64,000 bases of DNA from Basidiobolus meristosporus CBS 931.73. Its lineage: Eukaryota; Fungi; Basidiobolomycota. The stretch is from assembly GCA_002104905.1 (NCBI GenBank), contig MCFE01000162.1, forward strand, positions 62,001 to 126,000. Reading direction: 5' to 3'. The position numbers and the translations under genes are program-made. Positions 62,166 through 64,000 of this stretch are shown here, piece after piece. A model generated the notes under the pieces. The model saw only the letters and a program-made list of their open reading frames with translations, did not search any database and was not told where the DNA came from. Numbering within the stretch: position 1 is the stretch's first letter; every line of letters begins with the position of its first letter.

Positions 62166-62762
62166 AGTGGCCACAGCGTTGTTTAACCTGTTGAACATTA
62201 GTCGCATTGAACAAGAGGTCAACGTAGCTTTCGGTATATTGATCATAAACCTTGATCCAGTTCTGAACGCATTCTGTGCATATTCTATCATCTGGCACAT
62301 CAGAAAGATCTTCATTCATGTGAACTTGCAGATCTTTTTCTTCTACCAAGAGACAATATTCTGCTGCGAATTTTAGGTGTACTCGAGTGCAATCAGTGGC
62401 TCGTAGTTCTCCAGCACATAAGAGATCGCCTTTGCTACCTTCTGAGGTTCTTGGGAACATCCAGTTAGAATCTTACTTACAAGCGTGTTAGTCACTGACT
62501 TGTCGCAACGCGGTGCCGTACACATGGTGTTGAGGAGTGGTGAAAATTAGTCAGCATTGCTTAGTTCATAGTTCTACCAACCTATGGAGGCGACTTGTGA
62601 CCAGATTTGACTGAGCGGTAAAGATGGCTCATTATCAGTTACAATAGAGAGTAATGATTGCCTACGAGTGGCCGACAGCTGGCCGAGATCATTGTCTACA
62701 GGTGCGGCGTTGGCAACCAAAAGAGTAGAGGCAATCACAGCAGATACACGTGAGGATTTCAT
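62164..62762 (-). pseudogene. Cys-rich secreted protein pseudogene (two in-frame stops and one frameshift)
   Basis: Signal peptide MKSSRVSAVIASTLLVANA; ..VASIGW*NYELSNAD*FSPLLNTMCTAPRCDKSVTNTLVSKILTGCSQE..NYEPLIALE, then a one-base shift into LKFAAEYCL..ICTECVQNW..QRCG. Confidence 0.6.
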
Positions 62763-62996
62763 TGTGGGGGAGTTGCTAGCTAGTGCAACGTTGAGATTCT
62801 GCAATGGTGGGGCTATCGGATTTATAGCCATAGCAAGTTCAACTGACTACCTCAGCCCTCATTTGCCAAGAAATAGGCTTTGTGACCCAAGAATCAAAGG
62901 CTTGGCAAGAAAATACGCGAATACGAGGGGGGGGGGTTCGGTTTACCCCATAGCATCTATCCTTGTGTTTATTTCAACTACATTCGATGTTTTCTC

Positions 62997-64000
62997 CTAG
63001 TGCAAGGGAATGCTTCGGGCAAATTGGAAAACATTTTTGGGATCGTATTTGTTCTTGATATGAACTAGTCTATCGAAGTTATCCCCATAGTAGATCTTCT
63101 TCCAGTCCTTTTCGTCGTTGTCAACGTAGTTTTGGTAGCCTTGGGGGAAGTCTGGATGAAGCGTATTATAAATTTCATGAAGCCAAGGAAGACGTGTAGC
63201 GTTGAAGACTCCGATTTGGATGCTAGAAATGGTATTGCGGTGGACAAAGGAGGTGGCATGGGTCGAGTGTCTGCCAACTTGCCCTCCTTGCATATCAAAC
63301 ATGATGAAGGCCTGATTGTCAACCGATTTCATAATGTCATAGACTTTGTCGGCCACTTCTTTGGTCACCGGCTTCACCAAATAACCTGATTTAGCCTTGA
63401 AATAGCTCTTGACTGATCTCCGTTGGGTTTTGGCCAAATCATCAACCGCCATATGGGGTCCGTTGGTAGCAAAATATAGGAACGATTCGGGCAAAGTCAT
63501 CTTTTGGTTAGTAATCAGCGAGGTCTTGGGGAGTTTCTCGATAATTTCTTGGAACAATTGTTTTTGCTTCGTTGGATTGCCTGTTAAGATGGTTCCCGAT
63601 ACTCGAATTGCTCCGCCAGGTAAGATATGGAAAATTCCAGTAACTTCCCTGGGTGGGTTACTAGCAAACCATTCTTGAACCCCAATAAGCACGTCACTGA
63701 AGTTCCCTGCGCTAGTAGGATACGTGAGTGAGAAGACTGGGAACTTGTTAGGTGCGTGGAAATAACGGAATTGGAACTTTGTCACAATGCCGTACGAGCT
63801 ATGGCCTGCACCCAATAGAGCCCAGAACAAGTCTTTGTTCTTCTTTTTACTAGCAACAACAACATCCCCAGTAGCGGTAACCACCTCCATGGACTCTACT
63901 CTATCCAGCATTAGTCCATGAAGACGACTGTACAAACCATAGCCACCACCTAGGGTATGCCCACCAACTCCGATCTCTGGCTCGCTACCATGTGGGAGAC
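62997..64000 (-). CDS. FAD-linked oxidoreductase with berberine-bridge-enzyme C-terminal domain, 5' part outside the window
   Basis: GVGGH.LGGG.G..SR.HGL..D...S.EVV.A.G; DLFWAL.GAG..SYGIVT; F.HR; YQNY.D......YYG.NF.RL..IK.KYDP.NVF. Confidence 0.93.
   Translation of the reverse strand, partial: LPHGSEPEIGVGGHTLGGGYGLYSRLHGLMLDRVESMEVVTATGDVVVASKKKNKDLFWALLGAGHSSYGIVTKFQFRYFHAPNKFPVFSLTYPTSAGNFSDVLIGVQEWFASNPPREVTGIFHILPGGAIRVSGTILTGNPTKQKQLFQEIIEKLPKTSLITNQKMTLPESFLYFATNGPHMAVDDLAKTQRRSVKSYFKAKSGYLVKPVTKEVADKVYDIMKSVDNQAFIMFDMQGGQVGRHSTHATSFVHRNTISSIQIGVFNATRLPWLHEIYNTLHPDFPQGYQNYVDNDEKDWKKIYYGDNFDRLVHIKNKYDPKNVFQFARSIPLH

Noticed and set aside
1-64000. CRISPR arrays, rRNA or tRNA genes; long antisense ORFs over real genes (e.g. 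46319-46942, 38854-39144)
   Set aside because: No regularly spaced repeats or RNA-gene signatures were seen. The antisense ORFs are shadows of the coding strand.

Overview
Eukaryotic, intron-rich fungal DNA. The gene set, short introns and TE content suggest an early-diverging lineage such as Zoopagomycota/Entomophthorales; this is inference. The window has two sharply different halves. (1) 1-~31.2 kb is a strongly CpG-depleted block of nested transposons: a near-complete Ty1/copia element with a half-tRNA(iMet)-type PBS, a Ty3/gypsy element with a 4-bp TSD, relics of a second copia family, at least five copies or fragments of one CACTA/EnSpm-like family, two MITE derivatives of that family, five solo LTRs from three families, and a ~730-bp foldback element. 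The CACTA-like family has CCCTA(C/T)GAAAAA termini, a Transposase_21-type ORF and a divergently oriented second ORF. (2) ~31.2-64 kb is CpG-rich and gene-dense: DUF1348/SnoaL protein, Tsp2-type tetraspanin, Spc97/GCP2, Sec9, cyclophilin, ACAP-type ArfGAP, sphingoid-base-phosphate phosphatase, PTPS, SulP/SLC26 transporter, Rad3/XPD, a pseudogenised Cys-rich secreted protein and a 5'-truncated BBE-type FAD oxidase. No rRNA, tRNA or CRISPR was found. Alignments, identities and gene models were worked out by eye and are approximate.
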